DNA of 64,000 nt from positions 618,841 through 682,840 of the forward strand of contig NMRA01000104.1 of NCBI GenBank assembly GCA_002633005.1, read 5' to 3'. Under the pieces are notes generated by a model. The model was given only the letters and a program-made list of their open reading frames with translations. It made no database searches and was not told the DNA's origin. The translations under genes were made by a program, and so were the position numbers. The number at the start of each line of letters is the position of its first letter. Within the stretch, counting starts at the first letter, position 1. The DNA is from Phoronis australis (Eukaryota > Animalia > Phoronida). This document shows, one piece after another, positions 37,901 to 57,600 of this stretch.

Positions 37901-40900
37901 AGAGACCGACTACCAGCCAACATATGCACTACCTCTCCATGACCATAAATGCCCCGTTGTTGAATGTCAGGCCATATTCGTCATGTACGAGGCCAGTGTC
38001 AGGTATGAGAGGTATAGTTGACACAGCCCCTGCCTGTTTACCCACATACACCTAGACAACATCACAGCAGAAATAATTCAGTACATAACTGCAATCACTA
38101 ACATACTAAATCTCTACATTAACAGATGATATAAAATCCGTAAGACAGATTACATGGATTACCCCTTTAAGTAAAGACATCATATATTCTCCCACTGAAC
38201 AAACCACCAACTTACTGTGCCAAATCCCAAGCTATGAGCACTGCCGGTTCCTCGTACAAAGTTGTAAATACTCTCAAAGCCCATCTTACTGTCCCTCCCT
38301 AGGGTATCTTCACTGTCGTTGCGTGTCTTGAAGAGCTTGGCCACGGACCCAGCACTGCCTGTAGTCCTGTTAATTAAGCCAGTTAGGAACAGGATAAAAA
38401 CATGTTTGGCATTAGAGGGACAGTACGACAATAACAAGGCTCTCAAAGTGAACATTGTGTTTAGGTGTTTAGGCTCTAGAAAAATGTGCAGATTAGACTA
38501 ACTTTAGAACATATCTCAAAAAAGGTTGATTGAACATACGAAACTTTCAGGTACTATGCTTTATGCACTGTTATCGAAAACGCTGTAGTTAGGAATAACT
38601 TTTAAAATATTACACATTTGCACAAGGAGCTATCAACAAAGGACTGCATGAAAAGAAAAGGAAATGAAATTTTACACTGTAACAGCATTCGTTGAGATCT
38701 CACTGTGAATATTTATATCAAAATGTTACTAATACCGTGGTTTTGCTATCAATGCACCTTTCTTTTTTTGCTCAGTTTTACTAAAAGACAACAAAATTAA
38801 ACTCTACAAGCTTTATAATTTTAAAATAGTTTAACCGAGTTAAAATCTAGTTGTGATGTTTGGCTAAACATGCCAGACTTGTCAATAAGGTACTACACAG
38901 ACTTACTAAGGTTCTGTAGGACCTTAGTAAACAAGTTCGCCCATTTCGCAAATTATCCACAAAACTATAAATTTTAACTCGATAAAAACAGCTGTTTTCT
39001 CAAAGCAGAGATTGCAGAATTTGGTACAAATTTTGACTTTTTGCCAGAATCTGCCATTAATTGCGTTACGTAACCATGTCTTTTTAGTAAAAATTAGGCA
39101 AAAAAGAAAGGCAGACTCACAGCAAAACAACAGCATCAAAAACATGATCAAATTTTACTTGTTATTATATAAAGGTTCAAGATGAGATCTCAGATATGCT
39201 TACAGTTTTCTAAACTATCACATTTCATTCTTTTTTATGCAACTTAAAGATTTTTTTTAACGAAAATGTGAGATATGATGTTCTGAAGTTATCCAAATCT
39301 AGGCACTTTTACAAGCTCCTACATAAAATTTTTACTGACAGACGCATATTATATTTCTCATTAGTCCCACTAAGTATCACCACCAGGTCTGGATCTTTCA
39401 ACCAAATACAGAAAGCAATTACAATCGACGGCCCACAGCATGACCTGCACAGACACTGTGACATTACAATATCAATAAGTAAACACATTTTCAAATGAAT
39501 TTTGAGCAGCAGACTTATAAAAATAAGTTCTCGAGTTTTACCTGTCTACCCATCATAAGTTCATAGCTTCAACTTCATAAAGCGAATTCAAACAGTGAAC
39601 AGTGTGCAAATCAATTTTACTGCACCATCATCCATTTCATTAGACTAGGTAAACCTGCGTCAGATGCAAACTTGTGTACAGACACCTTACCTAGCCAAGT
39701 AAGTATCTGATTGATGCTCCATCAGGATATCACGACCAGAGTTGGTCATGGCGAAGAGACGAGCCTTCTCAATATACTCCAGCAAGTCTTTTCGCTTACG
39801 TCTGTCTGTGTTGAAGAAGGCAAAGTCATGGGGCTTGTGACCATCGTCATCGTGCAAGCGCAGGTCACCACCGTGCTCGATCAGTTTGCTCAGCCCTAAA
39901 ACAGTGCCATGGTAACACGAAGCATGCATCGGAGTCTGGCCTCTGGAACAACGCCTGAAACAAAACTTTAGAACTCATTTGTTAAGTTTGTTAATGTGGC
40001 AAGGATTTTCAACAATTTTCTGGACAACGTGAACTCTTATCTCCCAAATACTAGCACGTCTGACTGTCAAAAAATGCATCTTTTTCCTAACCCCAGTGGT
40101 CTCGTGACCACAACGGAACGTAAGGTAACATTTCATCACTTCAGGACACCAAATAGGGTGGACGAGAGTTTTATTTTCTTCACTTTTTAAATAAAACTGT
40201 TACGAGATGTTTTAGAATTTTGAAGCTCTGTTCCATAGTTGCCATCAGACTCTCATTCAAATAGCTGTGACAACTCACAACAATGGTAGAAGATATTGAA
40301 AAAACAAGCAAGGCTGTCAGAGATAGGAATTGCATACATAACATCATCTCATTATGTATAGGATCAGGTCAGTGCTCGATTTGGCAACCTGCAGCACATG
40401 CTGACAACAGGCACAACCACATTTAAGTCTTTTTTGAAAGTTTGGTCCAAATCCCCTGAGAATGTAAAAGAACACACAGAAGAGCATTTGCCCATTTGGA
40501 TGTGCCTACATTCATAAAAATATGTCTTTGGTCAAATTGCAACAAAATGCCAATGACATGCGTTATGACCCCTTGAAATTTAGAAGGGGGTTGTGAACAT
40601 TTATCATTCTCTGCATGATCGCATGGACAGAATACGCCTGCCACTGCTACACCACTTTCACCTTTAGCAGGGGGTACAGGAGGACAATTTTGACACTTAT
40701 TTCGTACGAAACAGTTTAGATTACAGTGTAGGCCACTACCTGGCCACTATTCACCACAGGACCCAATATGTAAGCACAGACAAAATATGACACTTAAAAC
40801 ACAAGATGATAATGGAAGAACAAACTCATTAGGGTGTGCTCCACTTTCCAAGAGAATGGTCATGCATTCCACCTTGCCATTATAAGCTGCAGCGAACAGA

Positions 40901-42319
40901 GCTGTCTGTCCCAAATCATTCTTACAGTCTATCTTTTCATCTGAAATAGAGATGACCATGTTACAATCCATTTACTTATTCACACTTTGAATGCATTTAA
41001 AGCTCACACGTACAGTAGTTAATTTATCTGAAGATATAGCAATATTGCCAAGTTCAGTTTTAGTTTAATAACATAGAACCAACCATACACTACACATACC
41101 TGAATGTATTATTGGCTAATATATAACAATAGGACAGTGACGTTAGAATTTTGCGAAATAAAGTACGCTACACAAAAAGTCTGACACACTACTGAGGCTT
41201 CTACAGGCCCATTGCAACGGACACTGAGTTTTAACTTCACTGCTCATACTCATAGTCTGCCAGCCTACTTGAGGAATTTCACATGTGTTTTGATGTGTTC
41301 ACATGTATTTTGATGTTATCGCTATCTAGGACAGTTTTCACTGAAACTACTTTACTTCCAAAGCATTCTATTCTAATGCTTTGGTAAGTGAACACCAACA
41401 GACATGGTGTTCTGGTGCCTCATCTTCTATCAATCGTTTTGGGCAGCAGGATTCTATTACTCAACCTGTTGTTTCCTTAGTGCCGCACAACACAGTGACA
41501 CCTGCATTATCTTTTGCAGATGGTCAGACTCAAAAGCTTGGTTAGACAGGGAGTTACCGACCCGACTGCCTCTTTTGTTCACTTCTGTTAGTCCAAGGTG
41601 TTTTTCATCATTTTAATGACCAATCCCTCATTATTAAAACACATGAGACATAAGGGAAAGGTAATATTCTGAACCAACTTTGGCTAATCTGTATTACTGT
41701 CTATGTAGCACCATAGCCTGATTTGATATAGTTAAAAGTTATATTGAACACTGGATCGCTACATTGGAGGGTAAAAAATGGTCAACTTCAAAGTTAAATA
41801 TGCAATTACAACAGCAATTCCTAACAAGGTGACCCCGCAGCCTTGATATTCTATAATATACTATAATGTACTGTGAAAAATTATTTTTTTTTGTTTTCTG
41901 TACACAGCAGCTCTAGGGGCTCATGGGGCAGTCGCCCAGAATAAAAAGTTCATATGATTTAGAAGTGATGCAAGACAGAAAAAGCTTCATTGCTGAACCA
42001 TAGAAACAGACATACTGCAAACACGCTGCTAAGGTAACGCATAACCTTAACTGCTGGGATTCTAAGGTTTCCAAAGCTCCAGTAAAAACACCTACAAGTC
42101 TGGATTGGTATGATTCGCTGCAAAGAACTGCACTAGTGACACTAAATAAAACAGTTGAACAGAACACATACTTCCCAAAGCAATTATTGCTTTTTTCAAA
42201 TCTTTCTTCTTTCCATGCACGGCAGCTTTATGAAGGGCGTGTTCATGAGTAAACGATGGGTCTACCTGGCCAATGTTGATTGGCGGGGGAGGATTAAGGC
42301 CACCTTGCCTGTGGGTCAT
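22975..42319 (-). CDS. TEX14: TEX14-like inactive Ser/Thr kinase (ankyrin repeats + pseudokinase + long low-complexity tail), about 1415 aa
   Basis: 27 phase-consistent coding exons: 42172-42319, 40826-40940, 39691-39954, 38216-38366, 37933-38051, 37268-37369, 36655-36778, 36081-36253, 35209-35375, 34450-34640, 33871-33992, 33101-33580, 32724-32858, 31495-31836, 30942-31100, 30408-30554, 29904-30051, 29383-29511, 28689-28819, 28018-28070, 26490-26633, 26158-26231, 24985-25279, 24799-24827, 24459-24498, 23791-23858, 22975-23172. Motifs colinear with vertebrate TEX14 as recalled: PPPINIG, NDLGQTALFAAA, PNERC..GQTPMH, LSKLIEHGGDLRLHD, SLGFG, GAFMVM..MIW...VTVK, DLLIEE...HLRHPNILLLM, YERVRYGSLFFFLHER, QIADALVYTH.RGIVHCSLTSHAV, AKLSNFEY, NWMAPE, SDMYS, IPWSGLD. 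Tail exons (after about 33990) rest on splice and phase logic only. Confidence 0.88.
28937..29181. mobile_element. MITE with CAGGGCTTG TIRs and a 6-bp TSD
   Basis: CAGGGCTTGTAA...TTCCAAGCCCTG is flanked by AATTGC at 28931-28936 and 29182-29187. Confidence 0.85.
29520..29712. repeat. Degenerate minisatellite (unit about 30 bp) beside a splice acceptor
   Basis: About 5-6 units of approximately CTACACCAGGGATAGTGAACAGTGGTCAGA. Confidence 0.6.
35496..35977. mobile_element. MITE with 13-bp perfect TIRs and a 6-bp TSD
   Basis: CAGGGCTTGGAAT...ATTCCAAGCCCTG is flanked by CAGTAT at 35490-35495 and 35978-35983. Confidence 0.9.
36490..36665. repeat. Degenerate tandem repeat (unit about 40-50 bp) containing copies of an exon/donor junction
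   Basis: Units of approximately GAATATTGTCTGGGCAGCAGTACTTACCCTCTCATGCAGA. On the minus strand each reads TGCATGAGAGG|GTAAGTAC. Confidence 0.8.
36960..37160. repeat. Small inverted-repeat element with convergent CAGAGGGCG motifs
   Basis: GTCGAACA pairs with TGTTCGAC, and CAGAGGGCG (about 36987) pairs with CGCCCTCTG (about 37111). Confidence 0.45.
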
Positions 42320-42938
42320 AGTTCTGCAATATATTTGTACAACACATTGAGCAACAAAGACAACACATCGAGGAATCCAGAAATAAACAATTTTACATTC
42401 AAGCATGTTCACAAATGACAAATGCAGATCAACTCCATTGATTTTCCCAAAAAAGATAATGTCGTCACTTTCTAAAAATTATCTGTTGAATAAAAGGTCC
42501 AATAATATGTATGTGGTTTCAGTAAAAAACTTTTGATTTACTGGTCCCCCCATGCAGTTGATGCCCAACTGCAATTTTTACTTTTTAGCGCTCATATTGG
42601 GATTGCCACCACCCCTCATTCGATATGACCGAAACTTAATTATTGAATGCCTATCTAACAGAATTGTAGCTCCCAAAATGTATAAGACTCGTTACGGGTT
42701 ACGTGTTTAATTGGTGATTGTGTACTGTAGTATAGTTATTAGTGATAGGCTGATAGGGCAAGCTGCCAGCTGTTAGGCCTAGCTAGTTAGCAGCTGGTGG
42801 AGCGAGGGTGCAGACAAAAAACTTCACAACAAAGCAATACACTTTGATAAATTACATTTCACCAGGTAATGAATATACAGCAACAACTTTCACCAGTGTT
42901 AGTCATCGAAATTTGGTTCTATTTCAAAATTATCTTAC

Positions 42939-43175
42939 CAAATCACAAGCGCTTGCGATTTAAAGATGGCGCGTGCTACACAAATGATGCGATCGAATAA
43001 CCTGTTGTTACTCTGTTTTATTTTTTTTGCTGCAGATTTAGCACTTAAAAATTCTATAAATTAATCACATGGCATTATTTTGAATAATTAAGGCTAACAT
43101 TTATCTGCGCTTCAAAATTTGAGTAATTCGTGGGACTTTTCTCGTTGAGGGTGAGGCAGACGGAAGTGAATAAAT
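42939..43175. promoter_or_regulatory. Bidirectional promoter shared by the TEX14-like gene and DCTN5, with a probable non-coding first exon of the TEX14-like gene
   Basis: A minus-strand donor TTTG|GTAAGA lies at about 42938, a YY1 motif AAGATGGCG at 42963-42971 and an ETS motif CGGAAGTG at 43161-43168. The TEX14-like ATG lies 4 nt inside an exon with a TTGCAG acceptor (42324), so an upstream exon is needed. Confidence 0.6.
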
Positions 43176-49232
<6,057 letters not shown>

Positions 49233-51664
49233 GTAAACAGTTCGTTACATGAACTATTGAATCTGATTCAGGAAAACTGTGTTGGAATACCTTTTGCTGT
49301 TGTTCTCATCTCCAGCCTTGCTTATCAAAGAATAATACCTAATACTTATTAGTTGTTTTTCAAAACTTGAATCCTGTATTCCAAGATGCTTTGATTTTAG
49401 GACACGTGCTGATATTGGGAAATGTAACCTAATATTTTACCATGAAACTGAATAGTGAAAGTATCGCACTGTGTGTTAACATCACCAGTCTGACAAAGGC
49501 TGTAGAACTGACAGCCAAAAATGTTGATGGTACGAAACTCATGGACATTATGAAGAACTTATCAATATTGTTTTTAGGAAATGAAGTTGTTTGTGTTCAA
49601 CACCTCTGGTTGTTGGTGGAATGTGTCAAGTGTAAGATGGTGTCTACATGAGGTGCACAATGATATAGGGACTTGGAACATGGTTTGAAACATTATATCA
49701 CTTGTGCGCAACTCTTAGATGGAGAATTGGAAGCAGCAGCGAGACATATGACATTAGGTGAATGTGTTAAATTTGAAAAACCACCCAGTGAACATTGCTA
49801 CCCTGGTTTCGTTGATTCGCTCACATCTCAACTTTACCCAGCTTTCTCCTGTGAAAGAGGAGCAGCATCATGCCAAGCGTGGACTTCCTCTCTGGGTGTG
49901 GTTAGCTCACATTACCTATCAGTCTTGCCTGGCATCAATGAAACATTGTTTTTACCTGTATTTGTGTTCTGGTTGGGTGAGTTTGTCTTTGTTGTAAACA
50001 AATATCCACAATTCGACTGTGAAGCATCAAAATTGACCTAGAAATAGTAGTTACAACTTGTGTTAGCTTTAAATCTGAGTCCTGCAGCATTCATGGCTCA
50101 CAAAAAATTTCAAGAATCTGCTACCAGAGTGTAATTGATATTGCCTGAAGCTAATCATTTGTCAGAGGACAACCTTATACATGTCTCGCACTTTTTAAGT
50201 TTCAAAATTACGACTAATGGATGATGAGGCTGACACACAAGTGAAAACACAAGAACTTTCACAGTTGTGAGTGCACTGCATATTGGAGATATTGAATATG
50301 TCAATGGGACAAAGAGAGCTTCTTGTTCAGAGTTGGATTTGTATCCACAAGATTGGAATAGTATGAAGTTTATTATGGACCTGTAGATGTCTTATTGATA
50401 CATGAAGTTATGTGTAGTGTGTTTTAAACATGCGGCTCTCAAAATCTAAGTCAAAATAAGAAAGGAGATTTTATTATGTATTTATTTTGTATCAAAAACA
50501 TGTAACATAAAATGTGGTAGTCTAAATATAATGAAAATATACAACACAGTTTTCTTGAGACCTACTGCACTGTCTATTCATGTCATTAAATTGAAACACT
50601 TTGAATAAGGATTTCCTGAAAATATCACTTGTGTCCTCCCGCCCTACCTCTGGTGAGGTGGGCCGGCATGTTGGTAAAATATATTTCTTCTATTTCCGTT
50701 CACCGTGAAGTCACACACATTTTGTATTTAAAAAAGTTTTCTTCATATCAGTCGAGGAAGGGCAAACAATCTTTTAACACTTTCTTGAACAGTGACACGT
50801 AAATTTGGTTCCTACAATATGCTAAGAACACCACTCTGAACACATCAATGGCATGAATTGCCAAACTTAATAAATGGTTAGCATTCATTACCTTCTTTCC
50901 AAAATACATAATATTATTAACTTCACTGCCAGACACCCTATTCCAGTCAAACAGTTATCAACAACACTGCACACGACATTCGGTGAACTTAAACTACTTC
51001 AACTTCAGTTCACTGCTTACAGGCTTTCTCTGTGCTGTGTTGTTTTTCAGGTGACACAAAAAGGCTACTTCATGCACGTTTCATTTAATGTCCCTACATT
51101 TCTGTGTTTAAGTCGTGTTTTCGTGAACTGCTGAAGCATTTATAGGTCTCTGTGCAGCTCTGTACAATAAAAATCCATTGAAGGGAAGGTTTTGTCAACT
51201 TGCACCTAATTCATTATTTTATAAGGACTCTACAGAAAGCATGAATAAACCAGCAACCACCAGTAAATTCATTCTAGTACATGATTCTGATATTCAAGTT
51301 CAAAACATAATCATGTACTTTCTTACACGACTGAAAAAGATTATTTTACATTTCAATATTTACTGTTTACTTACTAATATACAAACTGAAGAACTTAGAA
51401 GCTTAAATCAACATTCTTCAGTACATTCTTCTAAAAATAAAAATATGCAAAGCATCATGATACAACCAACACCAAGTAAAAGTAAAAGTGCCACTCATTC
51501 ATAAACAGTTATTTACTGATACACATTTCTAACATATACTGTTCTTACATAACAAAATTTAAACAAAACAATCATGCAATGCTGCTCAAAACATGACAAT
51601 TGTTAAAAAATAGCAACACAAGAAATGTCTTTAAGCTGGTCAATATCGTCTCCATGTAATGTAT

Positions 51665-54600
51665 TTAGTCATCATGTGGCAGCACTGTACCTACAACCAT
51701 CACTTCTGACTCGGGATCTTTCTCCCTGAACTCGAAATCATCGGGAGGTACACTAGGAACCACACCATTGGAACTGTCATTCAGAGTCAACAAGGCCAGG
51801 ACTGGGGGTGGACCTTGTTCGCCAACATCGTCATAGGAGTCATCATCATTGTATCCACGCTCTGTCTTGGGGTCTGCAATATGAGCATACCATCAAGAGC
51901 TAAGACCCGGTTACATCCTCAGGTCAACTGCTAGTAAAATTATATTCTTGTTAAGGGAACATTTCAAACCAACACAACAAACTAGTTTATCAAATTTCCT
52001 GAAGTTGCTACATACACGACTAACATAAAAAAAACCTTAACACAGTAAAACGAGTCTACTTGTTTCTTAGATATTTCTGGACTATGACAGTTTTTGTTAT
52101 TGGTCCAGACCATGCTTGGCACAGAAAATAATCAAACTTGACCAGCCAACGTTTTGAGTCTTTGTCTTGGGCAATGTCAGTCTATTCTTCCCATGGGCAC
52201 CAAGTCATATTGCCACATATTTCCCCGCAATCCGCTTATGGTGTTGTGACCTCTGGTGAATCACACGTTTGCATAGTATGAGTAGCCAAAGCTCTCTACT
52301 AGAAGACATATCACATACGAGAGTGTGAATCTGTGACTCACACGTTCACATTCTCGTTAAATGTGTAGCAAAAAGTCTATTGTTATGGCACAACAAGCTT
52401 AAAAGTGAAAGACTGGGAATACCAACAAAGGAGCAGCAGTTGCACTGGTCTGAGTTTCTTTTTTATTCAGTTGTAGTTAACTGATATTTGTCATTGAAAG
52501 ACCAAAAATGATCAACTTTGGGATTCAGCAAGTTTAAAGAATAATTGAGCTAAAAACAGCCTGCAATATGTGTAACTTTTTGTTTACTGTAGGCATGGAA
52601 GTGCTACCATTAGCATCCATCTGTTCCCAAATCCTCAAATAAAAGAAGCTTGTCACAAAAGTCTATGAGCTGTGAAGTAACTCGATATTCCAATTCCAAC
52701 TAATTAGCATTCACTGTTACCCATTGGGAATTACAGGAACATTGAGTACATTTCACTGAAGCTGACCTTTGCTAGGGACCTGGACAAATCAGTTTGTGCA
52801 ATATGGCTTACCGTGCTCAAATGTATTGATTGGTGGTAACTTGGAAGAGGTGTTCTCGAAGCTGAATCCTTCACATGTCCGCCCTGCATCTTGTAGTGGC
52901 GGCAACTTGTGTGGTGGTAGTTTATCTGTAGGGTAAACGTCAGGTTGGTGTTTTCTAATGGTCTTTAGTAGCGGTGAGTCGGTCACCTGTCGATGCGTTG
53001 GAACAGCAGGGGGCAGTTCTTTATGACAAGGTATAGGTGGCTGCAGAGACACCTGTAAATAAAATTTCCTGATTACTAGTTGAGATTCACCTAATGTGAC
53101 TGAAATTTTAATTTTACCTGTGGATACACGCACTAAATGGCAGACAGGTATCACACAAGTTTGAAACTAATCAAAACTTAATTCAGGTGATAAAGGCACC
53201 AAAATTAGTATCAAAACAATGAAAACCTAAACCATGTTCTAGAAAACTGCTCAATACAAATCTTCACACTAAAGTCATTTTCAAACAAATGAGAGTTGTA
53301 GCAAAAACCGTGAAGGAAATCAATGACAAATAAAACTAAATCATCAATTTTGAAAATTAACTCGGAAATTTTTATTTCTAAATTTCGTAGATTTTCAATG
53401 AGAATTGATGTCAACTTTTTTGAAAACTAATGACTGCTAATAACAGTGGCTAAATTAAACTCACAGTTGGCCATCAAAATGACTTGAGTTAGATCACTTT
53501 CTGTAATACCATTAGTCTTTTAAATATTGCTTACACAGGTGAGGATTAGTTTGGTCATGCTGGAGATAATGCAGGATGAACAAATTGATGTGCTGTAACA
53601 AGTCAAGTACTCCAGCCTGATAATGCACAATAACAAACTGTCAGTTCTTCCAAAACCTGCCAGGAATCGTCTTTTAAATCTAAGTACAGGGGTACCATAC
53701 AATCATACGCCCGAGCATCACATCTTACGCAGGAACTGCCTACGACCTTATGATTCAAGCATACAAACCCATAAATCATGCATAATATGAACCCAGAAAT
53801 CATGCATATGAACAAAAATCATTCGCATGAACCACACAAATCACAAACACAAATCATATGCACGAACATTTGAATCATTTGCACGAACCAACACACGAAG
53901 AAGTGTTCGTGCATGTGATTCGATGCTCGAGTGTATAAGCCTATGCTTTAGTGTTAGTAAATGTATGTATGATTTTTGTGGTTCATATGCATGATTTTTG
54001 TTCATATGGGTGATTTATGAGTATAAGCACAATTTATGAGTTTGTAGGTGGTTCATGCGTAAGATGCCATGCTTGTGTGTATAATTCTATGTACCCCTTA
54101 AGTAAGGAAAAATAAAGACCAGACCTATGCCCGTAAGTGTCCTATATCAAAGGTCATTTTTTAAGGAAGGCGAGTTTACACCTGCTGTAAGAGTTACCAT
54201 TCAAGAAATTTCAATATAATGTTAGGTATTGCCCTTACCTGACTGGTTCCTATGAAGCTTGTTTCTTGTTCCCCATCATCTGTCTTAACTTCAAAGTCTC
54301 CAGCATAGTACTGATCCCTCATCTTGAGGTTAAAGCCAGTCATGTTTACTTCATGGTCATCATGAACACACCAACAATGTAGTTTGTAGTGCTTGCACAG
54401 ACAGCATAGTATAATCACAATAATTATGATCACGACCAGTATCAAACAAACCACGAGAATCACAATGGTAGTAACCGTCCAGATACTCAGGCAGAAGTCC
54501 AGGAAGCCTTTAAACTTGCATTCATCTATAGTGTTTATACCTTGACAATAAAATGCAAACATGTTGAGGCTGAGGTTAGCGTGGCCAGTACCATTGAACA

Positions 54601-57600
54601 GGACGTCTTTGACGCAAACTTCCTTGAAGAACAACTTGGCTGGTTGCATGCTCGCACAATGTTCTTCAAGAGCACCTTCACTGAATGCTTTATCGCAAAA
54701 TTCTGAAGCCTCTTTGGCTGGTGGCACTTTCGAGAGTTGAATGAAGTTCCTGACCGGAATGTCTGAAGGCTCCCAGATGGGTCGCGTTTTTATCAATAAC
54801 AAAGTCCCTTGCAGTAATTTAGCCTTTCTTTTGTTGTCATAGTAATAGACTTGAGTTGCATCCCCTTCACCATCATCAAGAGGCATGTGTAGTTTTAATC
54901 CAGTTTCATAACCTACTGTATAAGCTCCAAGCCTGTCTCTGACTTGGTTTGCTGTCTGGGCATAGTGCCACAGCTTGCAGTCATCCATTGATGTATCTGC
55001 ATCTAATGACGTCTTGTGGCCTAATACGAGAGCTGTAAACTTTAGGCTTCTGTGTACAAGAATACCCATGAATGAATGGACGTGAAGCGTCGAGTCCTGA
55101 TACACATACACCACCAATTTTCCGTCTGAAGAGCGCCACGTCAAAGAGACTTGGAACCATTTGCTAGTTGATATCACAATGTTTGTATTAAGCAAGCTAC
55201 CAAACATGCCCACCATGAGTGTCCCATTGCTAACACAGCTGATGTCTACTGGCTCTTCATCCATAACAAATGAAGTCAGGTAAACGGTAGAGCTGAATAC
55301 TTTATGAATGTTTATCCACACTGAAACTGTCAATTCAGTAAGAATGAGGTTCTCCTGCATTGTGACCTGCACCAAGTTGTTATGAAAGCGGAGCATGTAT
55401 CCTGCTAGTGTACGGTACGTACCCAGATTAGGAGTCGCCAAGTGCTTGTCATGGCTGACCAGGAATGTTGATCCAAAATATGAGTTAACTAACTCAGACG
55501 ACAAAAGTTTATCTGAGAATGTTCCATCATTAACATCACTTGATACATTTCCAGTTCTGAATTCATCAATCCAGTTTTTATCAAAATTTCCCAACAATCC
55601 TTTAGGCTTCCCAGATAAAGTGGACCCGAGCTTAAATGCACACAACAAGCTTCCATCATAAAGAGCTATGACGACAGTGGAGCCATCTGAAGTGACAATT
55701 CTCAAAACGTGTTCAATTTTCCAAGTCACGGTTATAGACTTTTCTCCAACTTGTTCGCTAAAAGATGTCAGGAGCTTCACATCAATCCACTTCCCAGCTG
55801 TTATACTTTTAGACAGGTGGATGCGATATTTCACAATAGTTACTGACAAGACCACGTGATTTTCAGACACGGACACTTCAATTAAGTTGCGACAATCGGG
55901 CTTATTACGACAGGGCACAAAAAGGCCTTTGACACTGACGGTTGTGGTGGAATAAAATACATACGCCCCAGGCATCCACATATGCACAGAAGCACCATCA
56001 AATGTTGTTATGTAACTTCCAAGAATGATGGCATAACCATTGTTGTTGACATCCACGGCAGTGGTTGATATAGCAACAGAACAGTCTTGTCCTTTCCATG
56101 ACGCCGTGCATTTTGTACACAGCACATTCCCCTTGAAGTGGGATCCACATGCACATTGGCCGGTGACTGCATCACACACACCTAAAAGAATGCAAGACAG
56201 TGGTTTTACTTTTTTAGTGACTACTACTAGGCAGTGACAGACAGTTCCCTGCCAATGGTACAATGCTAGTACATAGAAGCAGGAAAATCAAAACGGGGCA
56301 AAATTCCTGAATATATCATCAAAATACCGAAAATATGCCCTACAGCACTTTGTTAGAATACTTTTTTAGTTTAGTTACACACAGAAAAGCACTTCTGTAC
56401 ATGAATGTGTGAAAATTGAGGCAAATACTATTGAACCTTAAAATGCCAGCGATATGCACATTTCTGTACATGGATACAAAAGTATACTTAGAAGAAGCAT
56501 TTGGGAATGCACTGACATGATTGTAACACAACTTTCACCTGAGCAGCACCAGCAATATTACTCACCTTGCAAGTTGCAGGTGTTGGTTTCCCCACCAGGA
56601 CACTGCTGGTCGCATGACTTTCCCCAGTAAGATGGTCTACACACACATGTGGCTGATCCAGTAGTGACATCACCATGCACACAATACACTTGACAGTTGT
56701 CTCCCTTCCAGTTGGCCATGTGCACTCCTAGTTGGTTACACACCAAACGAGATGGTGGGTTGGCCAAGTCGAGAGATGACTGACAAATATCTGACAACTC
56801 ACTCACAGCAGCAACTGCCAAAGACATGTTGCCATCTTGAGACACTAAAGCCAAACATTGTTGCACATAAGACAGTACCATATTGCTTCCAAGTGAGCGA
56901 CAGACAGACAAAAGAGGACTTTCTATGAACAGTTTAGTACACTTCTCCAATAATCCGCCATCCTGTGAATCATCGTACACAACCCAGGGGTTTGAAGAAC
57001 TAATGTCTCTACTTGGCTCAAGTTGTAGGTCTGATATGGTCCAGGAAGGTGGGTTCCATTGAGATGTGGCTTCAAACTGTACACCACTCACATCATCACT
57101 CACTGTTGTTCCACTTCCTTCATTTAACTGCCATTGAGCCAAAAGAGCCTCTGTATGCCTCGAGTACTGAGCCAGCCAATCCATTGATGCTACAGATGGA
57201 TTTGATATTCTGTTCCACAATCGAATACTTTCTATGAAGCCAACGAAGATAGAATCAGTTATGACAGCACTTGATTGAGCAAAGGATAGAGTGCCCCCCT
57301 GAACAAAAGCTGACCCATCCAGGTGTATGGCATAAACATGGTAGAAGGTTTCTGAGACTATCGTATAAATTTCAAGAAGATAAGTGTCTGGTCGCCACAC
57401 CAAAACCAACTTTGTCCATATTTGAAGGTTTATAACGACGTGTGTAGAATACTTGGCGTTATTATAGAAGACAGTTATACCGGTCGAGGTGTCAATAAGT
57501 GCAAACACCGTAGTTTTGGAGTATGAAACTATAACACCGCCATGTGACGTCAACTTGACGAAGAATTCCAAAGTAAATGTATTTTGTGGAAGGATGTTCA

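Noticed and set aside
38411-39375. Possible Kolobok-like element (TTAGAGGGAC..GTCCCACTAA); similar single ends near 6236, 8126 and 14228
   Set aside because: Termini are too short and degenerate to delimit without a genome-wide repeat library.
49442-50041. ORFs downstream of DCTN5
   Set aside because: No recognisable motifs or splice support; probably 3' UTR.
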